A stretch of 62,745 nt of DNA, counting the filler. It is 4 parts of 4 records of this genome, joined end to end, with 100 filler letters (N's around TTAATTAATTAA, not from the genome) between each part and the next. Parts side by side here need not be neighbours in the genome. Positions count along the whole stretch, not along the records: positions 1 to 23,426 come from SRR20825019_2756; 3 more parts are not named here. One strand, given 5' to 3'. Shown here piece after piece: positions 1-11,012 of the stretch (its first letter is position 1; every line of letters starts with the position of its first letter). The notes under the pieces are model-generated. The model was not told where the DNA came from and ran no database searches. It saw only the letters and a program-made list of their open reading frames with translations. The position numbers and the translations under genes are program-made.

Positions 1-165
1 GTCAAGCGTACATGGACGTATTCACAGCGTCTCCCGGAACAACGGCCCTGCCTGACGCTTTCACCGAAGTAGCGGTTACCACCGGCTGATTTAAAAACAG
101 ATTTCCGGTAGAATCTCGCGTCTGATTTTGATCGCATTCATTTTTCGAGCGAGAGTAAGGATTTC

Positions 166-1261
166 ATGGAAATCAATCCCATTGTTACGAAGATAAAAGA
201 CCTTCGTGAGCGCACTGAAGCGCTCAGGGGGTATCTTTGACTACGATCAGCGTAGTGAAAGACTGACTGAAGTTGAGCGTGAGTTGGAAGTGCCCTCCGT
301 ATGGGAAGATCCAGAGCGGGCGCAGGCGCTGGGCAAGGAACGCTCCGATCTTGAATTGATTGTTCGTACCATCGACAACCTCACCTCCGGCCTTGAAGAC
401 GCCGACGGTCTGCTCGAAATTGCGGACGAGGAAGAGGACGAGGGCACGGCTGCGGAGATCGAAGCCGATCTGGCCGGGCTTGACAAAGAGCTTGAGAAGC
501 TCGAATTCCGCCGCATGTTCTCCGGCGAGATGGATGCCAACAACGCCTATCTGGACATTCAGGCCGGCTCCGGCGGTACTGAGGCCCAGGACTGGGGCAA
601 TATGCTGTTGCGCATGTACCTGCGTTGGGCTGAACGCCGTGGCTTCAAGGCCGAGATCGTCGAATTGCAGGAAGGCGATGTGGCTGGCATCAAGAGTGCG
701 ACCATCCACATCCAGGGCGACTATGCGTTTGGTTGGTTGCGCACGGAAACCGGTGTGCATCGTCTGGTGCGAAAGTCGCCGTTTGATTCCGGCAACCGCC
801 GTCACACGTCGTTCTCATCCGTCTTTGTCTCACCGGAAGTGGACGACAGCTTCGAGATTGAAATCAATCCGGCAGACCTTCGTGTCGACGTCTATCGCGC
901 CTCGGGTGCGGGTGGTCAGCACGTAAACCGGACCGAATCTGCTGTGCGTCTGACTCACAATCCCACTGGTATTGTCGTGGCCTGTCAGGCTGGCCGAAGC
1001 CAGCATCAGAACAAAGACCAGGCCATGAAACAGCTGAAAGCGAAGCTGTTTGAGCGTGAGATGCAGGAGCGTAACGCCGAGAAACAGAAGGCTGAGGATG
1101 CCAAGGCGGATATCGGCTGGGGCAGCCAGATCCGCTCCTACGTGCTGGACGACAGCCGTATCAAGGACTTACGCACCAAGGTGGAAACCAGCAATACCCA
1201 GTCGGTGCTGGACGGTGACATCGACAAGTTCATCGAAGCCAGCCTGAAGATGGCGCTGTAA
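166..1261 (+). CDS. prfB: Peptide chain release factor 2, translated via programmed +1 frameshift
   Basis: ATG at 166 opens [24 protein letters not shown] (TGA 238-240). The +1 frame continues DYDQR... and contains the SPF and GGQ motifs, ending at 1261. The ORF-track start at 206 is an artefact. Confidence 0.97.
226..241 (+). promoter_or_regulatory. RF2 autoregulatory frameshift site (internal SD + CTT TGA C)
   Basis: AGGGGG-TAT-CTT-TGA-C at 226-241 is the canonical prfB frameshift cassette. Confidence 0.97.
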
Positions 1262-1312
1262 ACAGCGCCTTTGCCATGCTAACCCGGACAATTCCCGATT
1301 TTGCGAGCCAAC

Positions 1313-2845
1313 ATGACTGAACACACCCCGAATGCACAGCCAGAGGACAACAAGCTGATTGCCGAGCGTCGCGCCAAGTTGGCGGAGATGCGTGATCAGG
1401 GCAATGCCTTTCCCAACAACTTCCGTCGCGACGCCACCGCGGCCGAGCTTTTGGCCAAATATGGCGACAAGAGCAAGGAAGAGCTGGCTGAGATGGGCAT
1501 TCAGGTGGCTGTTGCCGGCCGCATGATGCTTGATCGTAAAGCATTCAAAGTGGTTCAGGATATGACGGGCCGCATTCAGATCTACGCCTCAAAAGATGTC
1601 CAGAAAGACACCAAGCACTGGGATCTGGGCGATATCGTGGGGGTGCGGGGTATTCTGTGTAAGTCAGGCAAGGGTGACCTCTATGTAAGCATGGACGAGT
1701 ACACGCTGTTGACCAAGTCGCTGCGTCCATTGCCGGAGAAGCACAAGGGGCTGACCGACACGGAAGCCCGGTATCGTCACCGCTACGTTGACCTGATGGT
1801 GAACGAAGACAGTCGCCGCGTGTTCTATGCACGTTCGAAGATTATCAGCGTCATGCGTCAGTACTTCACCGACCGAGACTTCATGGAAGTCGAAACCCCA
1901 ATGCTGCAGGTGATTCCTGGTGGTGCCACGGCGCGTCCGTTCGTGACTCACCACAACGCCCTGGGTATCGACATGTACCTGCGTATTGCTCCGGAGCTGT
2001 TCCTCAAGCGCCTGGTGGTCGGTGGTTTCGAGCGGGTATTCGAAATCAACCGCAACTTCCGTAATGAAGGGCTTTCCACCCGTCATAACCCGGAATTCAC
2101 CATGGTGGAGTTCTATCAGGCCTATGCCGATTACAACGACCTGATGGACCTTACCGAAGACATGCTGCGCACCATTGCCCAGAAAGTACTCGGTACCACC
2201 ACGGTGGTGAACACCCGTACCCTGTCCGATGGCGAAGAAGAAACCATTGAGTACGACTTCGGCAAGCCTTTCGAGCGCCTGACCGTGGTGGACGCCATCC
2301 TGCGATACAACCCCGATATCAAAGCCGAACAACTGGCCGATGAAACCAGTGCTCGACAGGTGGCGAAGGATCTGGGCATTCACCTTAAAGAAGGCTGGGG
2401 ACTGGGCAAGGTGCAGATCGAAATCTTTGAAGCGACTGCTGAGCATCGCCTGATGCAGCCCACATTCATTACCGATTACCCGAAAGAAGTGTCACCGCTG
2501 GCCCGCTGCAAGGACAACGATACGTTCGTCACTGAGCGTTTCGAATTCTTCGTGGGCGGCCGCGAGATCGCCAACGGATTCTCCGAGCTGAACGACGCGG
2601 AAGACCAGGCTGAGCGCTTCCAGGATCAGGTGGCCGAGAAAGACGCCGGCGACGACGAAGCCATGTTCTTCGACGAAGACTACGTCATGGCGCTGGAATA
2701 TGGCCTGCCACCAACCGCAGGTGAAGGCATTGGCATCGACCGTCTGGCCATGCTTCTGACGGATTCCGCCTCGATTCGCGACGTCATCCTGTTCCCCGCC
2801 ATGCGCCCGGAGCACAAGGCTGAAACGAAGAAAGACGAGGGCTGA
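1313..2845 (+). CDS. lysS: Lysine--tRNA ligase (class II)
   Basis: Motifs [19 protein letters not shown] and GIGIDRL; follows prfB. ATG 1313 preferred to TTG 1301. Confidence 0.97.
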   Translation: MTEHTPNAQPEDNKLIAERRAKLAEMRDQGNAFPNNFRRDATAAELLAKYGDKSKEELAEMGIQVAVAGRMMLDRKAFKVVQDMTGRIQIYASKDVQKDTKHWDLGDIVGVRGILCKSGKGDLYVSMDEYTLLTKSLRPLPEKHKGLTDTEARYRHRYVDLMVNEDSRRVFYARSKIISVMRQYFTDRDFMEVETPMLQVIPGGATARPFVTHHNALGIDMYLRIAPELFLKRLVVGGFERVFEINRNFRNEGLSTRHNPEFTMVEFYQAYADYNDLMDLTEDMLRTIAQKVLGTTTVVNTRTLSDGEEETIEYDFGKPFERLTVVDAILRYNPDIKAEQLADETSARQVAKDLGIHLKEGWGLGKVQIEIFEATAEHRLMQPTFITDYPKEVSPLARCKDNDTFVTERFEFFVGGREIANGFSELNDAEDQAERFQDQVAEKDAGDDEAMFFDEDYVMALEYGLPPTAGEGIGIDRLAMLLTDSASIRDVILFPAMRPEHKAETKKDEG

Positions 2846-2847
2846 AC

Positions 2848-3588
2848 ATGCAGCCGGTGGAGATACTGGCAAGCCAGCTAAAATCAGGGCGAGGTTGGAC
2901 GGAGCACCTTGGTGACGAATTCCGTCAGCCCTACATGCAGCAGCTGGCTGAATTCCTCGCGGCGGAAGAGCAGGCGGGAAAGACCTTGTTCCCCGCCAGC
3001 CAGCATTGCTTCAACGCCCTGAACAGCACACCGCTGGATAAGGTGCGCGTGGTTATTCTCGGCCAGGACCCCTACCACGGTCCCGGCCAGGCCCACGGCC
3101 TGTGCTTCTCCGTGCGCCCGCACGTGGCCACGCCGCCGTCGTTGGTCAACATCTTCAAAGAAATCCACGCCGACCTCGGCATTCAGCCCCCAGACCACGG
3201 CTGCCTGCAACCCTGGGCGGAGCAGGGCGTGCTCCTTCTAAACAGCGTTCTCACCGTCGCCCAGAGCCAGGCAGGCGCCCACCAGGGCAAAGGCTGGGAA
3301 ACCTTCACCGACCGCGTCATCGAAACCATTAACCGCGAGCGTGAAGGGGTGGTGTTTCTACTCTGGGGAAGCTACGCCAAGAAAAAAGGCCAGCACATCG
3401 ACCGAAGCAAGCATCTGGTAATGGACGGGCCACATCCATCGCCGTTAAGCGCCTACCGCGGCTTCTTCGGCTGCAAGCATTTTTCCAGGGCCAACGAGTG
3501 GTTACAGCAGAAGGGCCTGCCGACCGTTGATTGGTCTTTGCCAAACAAATCGCAGCTACTGGAACAATACGGTAAGAGCCAATCCTGA
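2848..3588 (+). CDS. ung: Uracil-DNA glycosylase, family 1
   Basis: GQDPYH, GVLLLN and HPSPLS motifs. Confidence 0.96.
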   Translation: MQPVEILASQLKSGRGWTEHLGDEFRQPYMQQLAEFLAAEEQAGKTLFPASQHCFNALNSTPLDKVRVVILGQDPYHGPGQAHGLCFSVRPHVATPPSLVNIFKEIHADLGIQPPDHGCLQPWAEQGVLLLNSVLTVAQSQAGAHQGKGWETFTDRVIETINREREGVVFLLWGSYAKKKGQHIDRSKHLVMDGPHPSPLSAYRGFFGCKHFSRANEWLQQKGLPTVDWSLPNKSQLLEQYGKSQS

Positions 3589-3640
3589 AAAAATGAAGCG
3601 GCCCGAAAGAGCGGCCCCCACCTTCGGCCAGCCCCCAAAC

Positions 3641-4474
3641 CTACTGAAGAAGCGCCATAGCAGCTTCCATCTGCGCATTCAGGTCCTCTTCCTCGCTCAT
3701 ATCCACCTCAGGATCCAACCCAAGACGATCAAACGCCGAAATTGTCTTCCAGTCCACCTCCGTCCAGGGATGATCTGTCCCGGCAATCAACTGCAGATTG
3801 GCAATCATCACCAGATCCGCATAATCCGCTGCTGGCACCTCACGATGCAGGTTCGCGTATTCCAGAGGCACATTCTGAAGTTCTTTCGGGAAATCCCATT
3901 TCTGCAGAATCGTCGCCCCGATACGCGGATGAATCTCATCAATCACATTGTCCAGCATGATGCTACTGATCTGAATATCCCGGTCTTCCACATAGCGCAG
4001 AATCGGCAACACCCCGATGAGGTGAACCAACCCGGCCAGGGTGGCCTGATCTGCCTTGAGATTGGTGTAATGCTGTGCCAGCACATGGCACACCCCGGCC
4101 ACCTCAGTGCTCTTTTGCCAGGTGGCACGCAGGCGCTTGTCGATCATGTCCGAAGTGGCCTGGAACATCTGCTCCATGGCAAGACCCATCGCCAGGTTGC
4201 TGGTATAAGCCATGCCCAGGCGACCAACCGCCATATTCAAGTTCTCAATCGCCCGGCTGCCGCGAAATAGCGGGCTGTTGCAGACTCGAATGATACGGGC
4301 TGACAGGGCCGTGTCGTTGCTGATGACCTTCACCAGGTCAATAATGGCCGAGTCCTCGTTTTCTGCGATGTCGCGTACCTGAAGCGCAACTTCCGGAAGT
4401 GTCGGAAGTACCAGTTTGTCGTTTTCAATAGCGTCGGTCAGGTCGGTTTTTATGGTTTCTACAATGTTGGACAT
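3641..4474 (-). CDS. Stand-alone HDOD domain protein
   Basis: LPTLPEVA, D(T)ALSARIIRVCNSP, AGLVHLIG and HPRIGATILQKWDFP match the HDOD pattern. Confidence 0.88.
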   Translation of the reverse strand: MSNIVETIKTDLTDAIENDKLVLPTLPEVALQVRDIAENEDSAIIDLVKVISNDTALSARIIRVCNSPLFRGSRAIENLNMAVGRLGMAYTSNLAMGLAMEQMFQATSDMIDKRLRATWQKSTEVAGVCHVLAQHYTNLKADQATLAGLVHLIGVLPILRYVEDRDIQISSIMLDNVIDEIHPRIGATILQKWDFPKELQNVPLEYANLHREVPAADYADLVMIANLQLIAGTDHPWTEVDWKTISAFDRLGLDPEVDMSEEEDLNAQMEAAMALLQ

Positions 4475-4591
4475 AGTCAGTTTGAATCCGCCTGTTAAGT
4501 GTCACCTGGCCGGCAGGAACGTCCGGAAAGGCTAATATGTTCATGTATATGACGTACTTTATAGCAAATTATCGGGATTCTTCCTGTCAAC

Positions 4592-5590
4592 TTATGTATC
4601 AGGCGTGTCGGTTTTTTCACGCTCCGGAACAGAATACGGCAAGGGGCGCAGTGACAGAACCGCGTCGGAGGCGCTCTCGGGTACCAATGATTTCTCCGCC
4701 GCATCGTGGCGCACAACGGCCAGAATCTCCGAGTGTCCGTCAGAGAAACCAACAGAATTCACGACATTTCCCACTGACCGATCTCCGTCCAGCAGCGACT
4801 CACCGGGGGCAGGCAGGGTGCCGGCATCGCTGCAGGTATACCGGAAAAGGCTTTTTTTGAGTTGCCCCAGGAAGTGCATGCGCGCGATCACTTCCTGCCC
4901 GGTGTAGCAGCCTTTCTTGAAGTGGATGCCTCCAACATGCTGCCAGTTCAGCATTTGCGGCACGAAGCTCTCCGTGGTGGCGGCCGTGAGCGATGCTACG
5001 CCGGCAGCAATTTCGGAAGCCTGCCAATCGGCGAGGGGGGCTGCAGGAATGTCCGCCAGAGCCTGTTGTAGCGATGTGTCCAGATCACACGTTTGCCAGA
5101 GTTCATAGCGAGCCATGCCCTCGGCGGTGTCCATCGTACGTATCACGTGGCCTCCGTTGATTTTCACGGAATCGCCTGCGACTGCCAGTGCACCGGTGCC
5201 TTCTGGCAGCAGTTTTTCTACTGCGGCATCGCCCAGAAGTCCGATGATCCGAGCGTCCGACTCTACCTCCATTGACGTACCACGGAACAGCATCAGGTAC
5301 TTGCGCAAATGAGTCACCGTGCCGTCGGAGAGATTCGCTGGCAGCTCCATCAATATGTCATCACCATCCCTCACCAACCGGGTCAGGCAATAGGCGCGCC
5401 CCTTGGGTGTACAGGCTGCCGCTCTTGGCGAATGACCCTGGGTGACATCGTCGATCTGCTGGCTGAACTGCCCCTGCAGGAACTTGTCGGTGCCTGGCCC
5501 GGCTATTCGAACCATGACACGGTCAGAGATGAAAACGCAGCGGGGCTGGGGAAGCGGATGGTTGGCCAACGGACTTTCGATGTCTGACAT
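4592..5590 (-). CDS. ygfZ: Folate-binding Fe-S cluster repair / tRNA-modifying protein YgfZ
   Basis: Signature KGCYTGQE and FLQGQ. Start taken at ATG 5590 (MSDIES); the longer ORF start overlaps ygfX. Confidence 0.93.
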   Translation of the reverse strand: MSDIESPLANHPLPQPRCVFISDRVMVRIAGPGTDKFLQGQFSQQIDDVTQGHSPRAAACTPKGRAYCLTRLVRDGDDILMELPANLSDGTVTHLRKYLMLFRGTSMEVESDARIIGLLGDAAVEKLLPEGTGALAVAGDSVKINGGHVIRTMDTAEGMARYELWQTCDLDTSLQQALADIPAAPLADWQASEIAAGVASLTAATTESFVPQMLNWQHVGGIHFKKGCYTGQEVIARMHFLGQLKKSLFRYTCSDAGTLPAPGESLLDGDRSVGNVVNSVGFSDGHSEILAVVRHDAAEKSLVPESASDAVLSLRPLPYSVPEREKTDTPDT

Positions 5591-5604
5591 GAAGCGCTCC
5601 AGAA

Positions 5605-6093
5605 TCAGTGGATTTCCTGCGTTTGGCGACCAGATGCCTTGCTGCCAGAGGTCGGGCCCAGGCGAAGCCAGACCCGCAAACGGCGGAATGCATCGGAAGG
5701 GATGTTGCGAAACCGCGGCGTAACGGCAACCAGGACAACAGGATATGTACACGATATGGTGCCGGAATGCTGCAGTTTCAAGATCGCAAAGTTGGCACCC
5801 AGACGACTTTCGTCCGCAACCTGGACAGCGCGGTCCTGCCCAGAGCGAAGGCGCACGTATAATTGCTCGCCCTCAACCCGTAGTTCGGTTACGGCTGCCG
5901 GACCGACCAGCAAGCCGGTTCGGCGATACTCGAAAACCGCACCCACGAGTGAGGGGATAGCCAGCACCAGAAGGAGGGGGCTGAACTCACTGGCTACGGC
6001 GGCTACGAACAGGGTCAGCGCCAGCCAGGGCAGGGTGCACAGTAACCCGACAGCGTGGGATGGAATCAGTGCCAGTTCAATCCGGCTGGACAC
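5605..6093 (-). CDS. ygfX: YgfX-like inner membrane protein
   Basis: Two N-terminal TM segments and C-terminal [11 protein letters not shown]; lies immediately downstream of sdhE. Confidence 0.7.
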   Translation of the reverse strand: MSSRIELALIPSHAVGLLCTLPWLALTLFVAAVASEFSPLLLVLAIPSLVGAVFEYRRTGLLVGPAAVTELRVEGEQLYVRLRSGQDRAVQVADESRLGANFAILKLQHSGTISCTYPVVLVAVTPRFRNIPSDAFRRLRVWLRLGPTSGSKASGRQTQEIH

Positions 6094-6331
6094 GGTTCAG
6101 TATGAGGTCAACGATGCGTTGCAGGTCGGGGTCTTCCGGGCGGCTGCGCTGCATGAACCACTCGAACATATCGGTGTCCTCGCAGTTGATCAGCTTTTGG
6201 TACCGTGCCTGGTCCTCAGTGGGAAGGTCTCGATAGGCGTTTTCAAGGAACGGGATCAGCAAAACGTCCAGTTCAAGCATGCCGCGGCGGCTGTGCCAGT
6301 AGAGGCGGTTGAATTCGGTGTTGTCAGACAT
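6077..6331 (-). CDS. sdhE: Succinate dehydrogenase assembly factor SdhE (FAD assembly)
   Basis: 84 aa with the [11 protein letters not shown] (RGxxE) motif. Confidence 0.95.
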   Translation of the reverse strand: MSDNTEFNRLYWHSRRGMLELDVLLIPFLENAYRDLPTEDQARYQKLINCEDTDMFEWFMQRSRPEDPDLQRIVDLILNRVQPD

Positions 6332-6381
6332 TGATTCTCTCAGTTAACCAGTGGGCATTGGAGTGGACCGAGCCATTTCCT

Positions 6382-7986
6382 TCAGGGAGACGACCGTCGG
6401 TAAGTGGTGGGAACCAGTACGGTATCCCTTGCCTCGTGGAGTAGTCCGGGGAAATCCAGTGTGTAGTGCAGGCCGCGACTTTCCCGGCGCTGCAACGCGG
6501 AACAGATAATCAGGTCCGCCACGGTCACCAGGTTGCGCAGCTCAAGCAGGTCGTTCGAGACGCGGTAGTTGCTGTAGAACTCGCCAATTTCCCGTTCCAG
6601 CAGATCAATCCGGTGCTTGGCTCTCTGCAGGCGTTTGGTCGTACGAACGATGCCAACATAGTCCCACATGAAATGCCGCAGTTCGTCCCAGTTGTGGGAG
6701 ATTACCACGTCTTCGTCGGAATCCCTTACCTGGCTTTCGTCCCAGTCCGGTGCTTGGGGTGGTGCAGGAATGTCCGATTCCCGTCGCGCTATATCCGCAG
6801 CGGCGGCACGGCCGTAGACCAGGCATTCAAGCAGGGAGTTACTGGCCATGCGATTGGCGCCATGCAGACCGGTAAACGCAGCCTCGCCGACAACATAGAG
6901 CTGGTTGATGTCGGTGCGGGCGCGTTCGTCACTGAGTATGCCGCCACAGGTGTAGTGCGCGGCGGGTACCACCGGGATCGGTTCTTTGGTGATATCAATC
7001 CCGAACGTCAGGCATTTTTCGCGAATGGTTGGGAAATGCTGTTTGATGAACTCGGCCGGTTTATGGCTGATGTCCAGGTATAGATGATCAGCACCCAGCC
7101 GTTTCATTTCGTGGTCGATGGCGCGGGCCACGATATCCCGGGGCGCCAGCTCGCCTCGATCATCGAAGCGATCCATAAAGCGGGAGCCGTCCGGAAGCTT
7201 CAGCACACCGCCTTCACCCCTCACTGCCTCGGTAATCAGGAACGACTTGGCATGTGGGTGGTACAGGCACGTGGGGTGGAACTGGTTGAATTCCATATTG
7301 CCGACCCGGCAGCCGGCGCGCCAGGCCATGGCTATACCGTCTCCCGAAGCTCCGTCCGGGTTGGTGGTATAGCGATACGCCTTGCTGGCTCCGCCCGTGG
7401 CGAGGATAGTGAACCGGGCCCGGAACAGTTCGACATGGTTGTCTTCCAGGTTCAGTATGTAGGCGCCTACGCACGCGTTTCCAGGCAATGCCAGCTTGCG
7501 ATTGGTGATCAGGTCTACGGCAACCCGGCGGGACATCAGGGTAATGTTGGGGCGCGCCTGGGCCTGGGACGTCAGGGTGGTGGAAACAGCGTGGCCGGTG
7601 GCATCGGCCGCGTGGATAATGCGGCGGTGGCTATGCCCGCCCTCCCGTGTCAGGTGGTACTGGGACTGGTCATCGCGGGTAAAGGTGACGCCGCTGTCGA
7701 TCAGCCAGTTGATGCTCTCGCGGCCATGCTCAACCGTAAACCGGACAGCATCCTCGTGGCAGAGGCCGCCCCCGGCGTTGAGGGTGTCGCTGACGTGATT
7801 CTCAAGAGAGTCGTCGTCATCCAGCACGGCGGCAATGCCGCCCTGGGCCCAGAGTGTTGCGCCGCTGCTGATATCGGCCTTGCTGATGACGGCGATCTGC
7901 AGGTGCTCGGGCAAATTCAGGGCAACAGTGAGGCCGGCAGCACCGCTGCCGACAATCAGGACATCGAATTCGTAGGACTGTGGCAT
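6382..7986 (-). CDS. nadB: L-aspartate oxidase
   Basis: GSGAAGL FAD motif, [19 protein letters not shown] and [14 protein letters not shown]; divergent from rpoE. Start 7986 or 8007. Confidence 0.96.
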   Translation of the reverse strand: MPQSYEFDVLIVGSGAAGLTVALNLPEHLQIAVISKADISSGATLWAQGGIAAVLDDDDSLENHVSDTLNAGGGLCHEDAVRFTVEHGRESINWLIDSGVTFTRDDQSQYHLTREGGHSHRRIIHAADATGHAVSTTLTSQAQARPNITLMSRRVAVDLITNRKLALPGNACVGAYILNLEDNHVELFRARFTILATGGASKAYRYTTNPDGASGDGIAMAWRAGCRVGNMEFNQFHPTCLYHPHAKSFLITEAVRGEGGVLKLPDGSRFMDRFDDRGELAPRDIVARAIDHEMKRLGADHLYLDISHKPAEFIKQHFPTIREKCLTFGIDITKEPIPVVPAAHYTCGGILSDERARTDINQLYVVGEAAFTGLHGANRMASNSLLECLVYGRAAAADIARRESDIPAPPQAPDWDESQVRDSDEDVVISHNWDELRHFMWDYVGIVRTTKRLQRAKHRIDLLEREIGEFYSNYRVSNDLLELRNLVTVADLIICSALQRRESRGLHYTLDFPGLLHEARDTVLVPTTYRRSSP

Positions 7987-8023
7987 CGGGTCGTAATCGC
8001 GGGCCATAATGTGGATGTGTATT

Positions 8024-8050
8024 GAACTAAACTTTGCGCTCGCTGTCTAT
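8024..8050 (+). promoter_or_regulatory. Putative sigmaE/AlgU-dependent autoregulatory promoter of rpoE
   Basis: GAACTA (8024-8029)-N16-TCTAT (8046-8050) resembles the sigmaE/AlgU consensus GAACTT-N16/17-TCnnA/TCTAT. Confidence 0.6.
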
Positions 8051-8101
8051 TTGGCCTGACGGGGTGCTCCCGGATAAAAGGGGGCATTGTAGACTCATCG
8101 G

Positions 8102-8803
8102 ATGCCGGACAGCAGCATGATTCCATTGAATAGCAGGCAAGTGGGCCAGACGGTCGAACGCTATGGCAACTCCGGCACTCCGTCTATGAATGCGGATACA
8201 GAAAGACACAAGGAAGACGGCAGCGAAAGCCAGACAGACCTTCAGCTGGTAAGAAAGGTCCGTCATGGTGATCGGCCCGCCTTTGATCTTCTGGTTGTCA
8301 AATATCAGTCCAGGGTTGCGTCGATTATCAGTCGTTATGTCTACGACAGCCAGGAGGTGATGGACCTTACCCAGGAAACCTTCGTCAAGGCGTACCGGGC
8401 GATTGACCGTTTTCGGGGAGACAGCGCGTTCTACACCTGGCTGTACCGTATAGCCGTGAATACGGCCAAGAATTTTCTTGAGTCCCGCGGGCGTCGTCCG
8501 CAAGGCAGTGCCGACGCGGGGGAAGCCGAGAATTACGACGACGGTTCAAGACTCAGGGACAATGCGTCACCGGAGAAACTGTTGCAGCGGGATCAGTTGC
8601 AGAGCGCGCTCAGGGTGGCGATATCAAACTTGCCGGAGGAGCTTCGATCTGCGTTTTTGCTCAGGGAGTACGACGGGCTGAGTTACGAAGACATCGCCGG
8701 TATTCTCGAGTGCCCCATCGGCACGGTAAGGTCACGAATATTCAGGGCACGGGATGCAGTGGATCGCCACCTGGGCCCTTTGTTAAATGATTCCCGGACG
8801 TAA
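8102..8803 (+). CDS. rpoE: ECF sigma factor RpoE/AlgU
   Basis: AFDLLVVKYQ, DSAFYTWLYRIAVN and CPIGTVRSRIFRAR. Start uncertain (8102, 8117 or 8186). Confidence 0.95.
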   Translation: MPDSSMIPLNSRQVGQTVERYGNSGTPSMNADTERHKEDGSESQTDLQLVRKVRHGDRPAFDLLVVKYQSRVASIISRYVYDSQEVMDLTQETFVKAYRAIDRFRGDSAFYTWLYRIAVNTAKNFLESRGRRPQGSADAGEAENYDDGSRLRDNASPEKLLQRDQLQSALRVAISNLPEELRSAFLLREYDGLSYEDIAGILECPIGTVRSRIFRARDAVDRHLGPLLNDSRT

Positions 8804-8817
8804 TGAGGTTGCATCCT

Positions 8818-9387
8818 ATGGATGATCGTCTCAAAGAAACGCTGTCGGCAATGATGGATGACGAGGCAGATGAATTGTCAGTTCGCAGACTGCTGTCACA
8901 CGCTGAGCAGGATCAGGTTCGTTCGCAGTGGCAGCGTTGGCAGCAGGTGCGGGATCTCATGCATCAGGGCAGCGTGGCACCGGAGGCTGTGGATGTCAGT
9001 GCTGGGGTCAGGGATGTTCTGGATGGCAGCGGTGCGGTATCGCCTGCTGCGACAGTCGGCTCGATGCCCCGCCGGGACAAAAGCTGGCATTGGCCAGCGG
9101 TTGCGATGGTCACACTGGCAGCGGTGATTGGTTTTGGCGCCGGTGCTGGTTGGGAGTCCGCCGAAGATGGTGGAGCGATTGCAGCCGCGGGCGTTTCAGA
9201 AGAACAGGATCGGCAGGAGTCGGCGGTCGAGCCGGTGCCGGAGGTGGCATTGCAAGGACTTGATGAGGAGCAATGGGAACATCTTAGCCGCTATCTTCTT
9301 GAGCACGCCCAACATAACAGCGTAGGAGCCGGTCGAGGCTCCGTTGGCTATGCGCGTGTCGTTAGCGCGTCCGGACCAGGGTATTGA
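8818..9387 (+). CDS. rseA: Anti-sigmaE factor RseA/MucA
   Basis: N-terminal ETLSAMMDDE, a single TM segment and YLLEHAQH; follows rpoE. Confidence 0.88.
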   Translation: MDDRLKETLSAMMDDEADELSVRRLLSHAEQDQVRSQWQRWQQVRDLMHQGSVAPEAVDVSAGVRDVLDGSGAVSPAATVGSMPRRDKSWHWPAVAMVTLAAVIGFGAGAGWESAEDGGAIAAAGVSEEQDRQESAVEPVPEVALQGLDEEQWEHLSRYLLEHAQHNSVGAGRGSVGYARVVSASGPGY

Positions 9388-9428
9388 CGTTTCATGTTTG
9401 CAGGACACTGGCTGGAGTTAAACGGCTG

Positions 9429-10478
9429 ATGGGCAGAATCGCAATGGCAATCCAGAGTCGATTCCCTGGTGCAATCAGGCACGGGCTGGTCATGTTGACG
9501 TTGCTCACCGTTCTGACAGGGCAAGTGTCTGCCGAGACGGCGGAGAGCGCCGGGAAGAATGAACAGAGCGCCGAATATTGGCTCAACCGTCTTGGTCCTG
9601 CCCTCAACATGACGTCCTATCGCGGCGTCTTTGTGTATGCCCGGGGTGATCAGGTCAGTTCGATGCAGATTGCGCACCGGTATCGGGATGGCATGGTGGA
9701 AGAGCGGCTGGTTCTGCAGGACGGAGCCAGCGGTGAGATCGTGCGAAAGGGGATGCGGGTTGTCTGTGTGCTTCCTGACCATGGGCGCATCCAGTTGGAT
9801 CAGGTTATTCCGTCGGGTCCTTTTGCCGAGGCATTTTCCCATCAGTTGATGCCGGTCAGTCAATGGTATCAGCCAGAGCTGGTGGGCGATGATCGTATTG
9901 CTGGTTACGATGTGGTCAAGCTCGGGCTCAGGGCGAGGGATGATCTTCGATACAGTCACCAGTTATGGCTGGAAAAATCCACCGGTCTGTTGGTGAAGAG
10001 CCATGTGCGTTCCGTCGGCGGTGAGGTGCTTGAGCATTTTCAGTTCACCAGCCTTGAAATAACGGACTCTCTCCCGGATAGCGAATTTATCGTGCAAACG
10101 GAGGGAGAGGCCATCAAACGGGAATTGAAACCGGAACAGACGTCGTCTCCCGCGGCACGGATGGATGGTTGGACGCTCGAGTGGCGCCCGGATGGTTTTG
10201 TTCCCGCCGCTGCCCCGCGATCAGGCAAAGGGCAGGCAGTGGCGTTCTCGGATGGGCTGGCAGCCTTTTCTGTGTTTGTCGAACCAGCACGGAAGATGGT
10301 GATGCCCACCGGCGCTTCGCGAATTGGCGCAACCACGGTGTACATGAAACAGCTCAGTGTGGATGACATCGCGTTTTTCGTGACTGTGGTTGGGGAAGTT
10401 CCACCGACGACGGCCCGTAAGGTGGCCGAATCAGTGACGATTGACGATACCCTGGCGTTCGGCGGAGGCCGGAAATGA
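9429..10478 (+). CDS. rseB: Periplasmic sigmaE regulator RseB/MucB
   Basis: Signal peptide, SYRGVFVY, FSDGLAAFSVFVE and VTVVGEVPP. Start uncertain. Confidence 0.9.
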   Translation: MGRIAMAIQSRFPGAIRHGLVMLTLLTVLTGQVSAETAESAGKNEQSAEYWLNRLGPALNMTSYRGVFVYARGDQVSSMQIAHRYRDGMVEERLVLQDGASGEIVRKGMRVVCVLPDHGRIQLDQVIPSGPFAEAFSHQLMPVSQWYQPELVGDDRIAGYDVVKLGLRARDDLRYSHQLWLEKSTGLLVKSHVRSVGGEVLEHFQFTSLEITDSLPDSEFIVQTEGEAIKRELKPEQTSSPAARMDGWTLEWRPDGFVPAAAPRSGKGQAVAFSDGLAAFSVFVEPARKMVMPTGASRIGATTVYMKQLSVDDIAFFVTVVGEVPPTTARKVAESVTIDDTLAFGGGRK

Positions 10479-10933
10479 TTACGGAAACCGGGAGGGTTGT
10501 CGGTGTTGCCGGCGACCGGGTATGGGTGCAGACGATTCGCACCAGCGCCTGTGAAAGTTGCTCGGCTCGTCATGGCTGTGGCCAGCGTGCACTGGCCGGT
10601 GTTTCAGGAGGCAGGGCCAATCAGGTTCTGGTGGCCAACAGCCTTGGTGCCGAGGTGGGTGATGAGGTGACGGTGGCCATTGATGAGTCCGCGCTGCTTG
10701 GTGCTTCCCTGCTTGTTTACGCCCTGCCATTGGTGTCGATGGTGGCCGGGGCTGTTTTGGGGCACCAGTTGTCGGCAGGCCACGCGGCCAGTGAGGCCGT
10801 CGCCATGATGGGTGCTGCGGCGGGACTTGCCCTGGGCTTCCTGGCCGCTCGCAGGGGGCAGTCACGTAAAGCGGGAACCTGGGAGCCGACATTGGTGGAG
10901 GTCAGGCAGGGGGTGGTCGCTTCCCCGGAATGA
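10475..10933 (+). CDS. rseC: RseC/MucC family protein
   Basis: CxxCxxxxGC motif (CESCSARHGC) and two C-terminal TM segments. Confidence 0.9.
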   Translation: MITETGRVVGVAGDRVWVQTIRTSACESCSARHGCGQRALAGVSGGRANQVLVANSLGAEVGDEVTVAIDESALLGASLLVYALPLVSMVAGAVLGHQLSAGHAASEAVAMMGAAAGLALGFLAARRGQSRKAGTWEPTLVEVRQGVVASPE

Positions 10934-11012
10934 TGTTCCAACAGGCTCTGTTGAAATTATCGGCTTTGACCGCACATTGAGTTTATAACGTCCGCTGAAC
11001 AGGGGGTCTTTA

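Noticed and set aside
1-89. Possible 3' end of an upstream gene (QAYMDVF...VTTG*)
   Set aside because: Only 28 codons with no recognisable motif; cannot be assigned.
206-238. ORF-track GTG start for prfB
   Set aside because: The real N-terminus is in another frame from ATG 166 and is joined by the +1 frameshift.
3527-4270. 247-aa plus-strand ORF after ung
   Set aside because: Antisense to the HDOD gene; no supporting motif.
5605-6331. ygfX/sdhE as a toxin-antitoxin (CptAB) module
   Set aside because: SdhE is an established flavinylation factor with an intact RGxxE motif; the TA interpretation is disputed and unsupported by the sequence.
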